Part shown: positions 33,551-35,987 of the stretch, piece by piece | Layout: every line of letters starts with the position of its first letter | How positions within the stretch are numbered: position 1 is the first letter of the stretch | From: Okamejei kenojei | Taxonomy: Eukaryota | Length of the DNA: 35,987 nucleotides | Direction of reading: 5' to 3' | Assembly (NCBI GenBank): GCA_035221665.1 | Contig: JAVHYY010000912.1 | Location: forward strand, 62,001 to 97,987 | Position numbers and translations under genes: made by a program | Notes under the pieces: model-generated | Told to the model about the DNA's origin: nothing | The model's database searches: none | Seen by the model: only the letters and a program-made list of their open reading frames with translations

Positions 33551-34579
33551 AATGGCAAGCAGTGGTGAGTGGAGATGCCGCAAGGCTCGTGTGGGGGCGC
33601 AATGTATACCATATTATATTAATGGTTTGGAAGAGGGAATTAGGAGCAACACTAGCAAGTTTTGCGGATGACACTAAGCTGGGTGGCCTGTCTGGAAATC
33701 GTGAGATGATGTTAGGAGGTTGCAGGGGATAAACCTGGAAGACAGGTTGACTGAGTGGGCAGAGTCGTTGGAGATGCCCGTATTTACATTGATTACATGT
33801 GAGGTACTGCACTTTGGTGCAGAAACAAGGGGTGGCAGATTATTATTCTCAACGGGGTTAGGTAAGATAAGGAGGAGTACTGCGAACTGGGTGTCCTTTT
33901 GTACACGGTCACTAAAAGTTGCGTGCAGGTACAGCAGGCAGCGATGAAAGCTATTTGATTTTTTTCCTTCATAACAAGAGGATTTCAGTCCAGGTGTAAA
34001 AGGTTTTTCTGCAGTGGTTAGGGCTTCTGGTGATGCCACAGCTGGAGTATTGTTTACAGTTTTGGTCTCCTCATTTGAGGAAGGCCATCCTTGTTATTGA
34101 GGCAATGCAGCGTATGTTCACGAGATTGATCCCTGGGATGGCGGGACTTTATATGAGGAAAGATGAAAAGTTAGGCTTATATTAACTGGGTTTAGGAAAG
34201 GATGAGGGGGATCTTATAGAAATATAGCTCATTATAAAAGGAACTGGACAAGCTAGAGCAGAAAATGTTCCAAAGTTGGGGGAGTCCATTAACAGGGGCC
34301 ACAGTCTTAGAAATAAGGGGACGGTAATTTAAGACTAAGGTGAGAATAAACGTTTCACCAAGAGAGTTGTAAGTTATGGAATTCCCTACCACAGAGGGCT
34401 GTGGAGGCCAAGTCACTGGATGGATTTAAGTGAGAGTTAGATAGAACTCTAGGGGCTAGTGGTGTCAGGGGATATGGGGAGAAGTCAGGCACGAGTTATT
34501 GATAGGGGTATTATCAGCCATAATCACAAGGGCCAAATGGCCTCCTCCTGCACCTATTTCCTAGGTTTCTATGTTTCTA
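33551..34579 (+). mobile_element. CR1 LINE copy 3, 3' ~1 kb, many indels
   Basis: WQAVVSG.., FADDTKLGG, CEVLHFG, QFWSPHLRKAILVIEAMQRMFTRLIPGMAGL; tail TTTCTATGTTTCTA. Confidence 0.92.
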
Positions 34580-35389
34580 CTATTACCAACAATCATATGT
34601 TTTTAATCTGGGAGCCTCGTGCGAACTGAAACAGCATGTTCCATTGAGGTCATTACTATGCACGTGTTAGCTTTATAATTTGGATCTTCACCAACTCTTA
34701 CGGGTGGGTTCTATTCAGTTGTTTGAAAAGGCGCATCCCGCTTTCACAATCTTGGTGCTCCAGAATTGATAAGGCAGCACTCAGAATTCCTACGAAATAC
34801 CGCGCATGAAATCGTTCTCTCTTACGCCCGTCGAATAGCTTGAACAGGGACACCTCTCATTCCTCTAAAGTTATTTATGTGCGCAAGTCAGCCTCGATAC
34901 TCACTTTCCGCACTCTCACAGCCCAACAGAAACATTTGATGAAATAATTTCAAGGCATAAGGAATCATGACCGCAGGATGTACAGTTGAATCTAACAAAA
35001 TTGAAACCAGAATTTATATTTCAGGCTCTTGTGATATAGGTGAAATGCATGAGAAAGCAACGGTTCCATCTCGTTGGTTACATCTGTGATTGGATGTCGT
35101 AGTCGTATCGGTTTAAACATAGAAAAGTACAGAACTGAAAAATAGGCCCTTGGATCCGTATTCTCTATGCTGAACCTGAACCAGATATACAAACGCGCTC
35201 TGAAGGCATGGTACATTCCACTTCCGTCCCAGCAATCTAAGCACCAGTAAATTCCACTGCATTTATTCACATACAACCGTGGTCTGAATTACCTGCCGAG
35301 CACATCCCCTTTAAGCATTGCGCCTCTATCCTTATTGTGTATCTGTCCTTGCAAAACTATGCATGACGCGTGCGATGTTATAAACTCGC

Positions 35390-35935
35390 CAGGGACGAGG
35401 GTTTAGTTTTGGGGGGGGGTTATATTAAGTGAGGTGTTATACACAATGAGAGTAGACGCACAAAATCTTCTTGACAGAGAGGGGAATCGAGAACCAGACG
35501 GACTAAGGGTAAGGTGAATGGGAAGAAAAATGAAGGGGAATCTGAGGGTACCTTTTCACACATAGCAGCTGGGTGTATGGAACGAAATGCTGGAGGTAGT
35601 GATGAAGCAGGGACTAGACTCTCGAATTGAGAAACAATTAGACAGGTACATGGTTTTAAGGAAAGGAATGCAGATGCCTGGAGAATCGAGGGTTACACAA
35701 AAAAAAACAAACTGGAGAAACTCAGCGGGTGCAGCAGCATTTATGGATCGAAGGAGATAGGCGACGTTTCGGGGGAAACGTACGCTATATCCTTCGCTCC
35801 TTAAGATGCTGCTGGCACGCTGAGTTTCTCCATCTTTTTGTGTACTGACTGGTACATGGGAACGGTACAGGTTTTCGAGGGATATGGGTGGAACGCAGGC
35901 AGCTGAGACTGACATTGCAGGGTCATGTTGACGGC
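35390..35935 (+). mobile_element. Old LINE 3' fragment interrupted by a palindromic Penelope-like repeat
   Basis: GGGTGTATGGAACGAAATGCTGGAGGTAGT...GACAGGTACATGG, insert, then GGTACATGGGAACGGTACAGGTTTTCGAGGGATATGG. Confidence 0.55.
35694..35844. repeat. Imperfect inverted repeat (~75-bp arms) of the Penelope-like terminal family
   Basis: GGAGAAACTCAGCG...GCAGCATTTATGGATCGAAGGAGATAGGCGACGTTTC versus GAAACGT..CTATATCCTTCGCTCC..AGATGCTGC..CGCTGAGTTTCTCC. Confidence 0.75.
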
Positions 35936-35987
35936 GACCGTGCCATGTTTAGCGGAAGGGCACATGTTTCACGCTGGTAAAAACTGT

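Overview
Vertebrate genomic DNA, almost certainly from a cartilaginous fish (skate/ray-type CR1, Rex1, HE1-like SINE and DIRS repeats). It is part of a T-cell receptor alpha/delta-type V-segment array. The backbone is a ~9 kb cassette present twice in tandem (unit A ~709-24465, unit B ~24466-33550). Each unit carries two V segments arranged head-to-head, each with a leader exon and V exon; three of the four retain a ~23-spacer RSS. Only the minus-strand V of unit A (14627-14145) has an intact leader-intron-V-RSS structure. The plus-strand V of unit A lost FR3 and its RSS through an apparent microhomology deletion, and both unit B copies carry many small indels (decay or poor consensus quality). 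Unit A is inflated by ~15 kb of insertions absent from unit B: two DIRS-type tyrosine-recombinase retrotransposons with complete ITR/ICR architecture (1075-8708, 19347-23607), a CR1 nested in the first, and a second CR1 (9627-12917) holding an 81-bp nested retroposon. Unit B supplies the empty sites. Most ORFs in the six-frame track are antisense shadows or repeat noise. I found no clearly new biological system. The best leads are the divergent V-pair cassette, an apparently non-autonomous DIRS lineage, and a weak RAG1/Chapaev-like zinc-finger relic. All alignments were done by eye.
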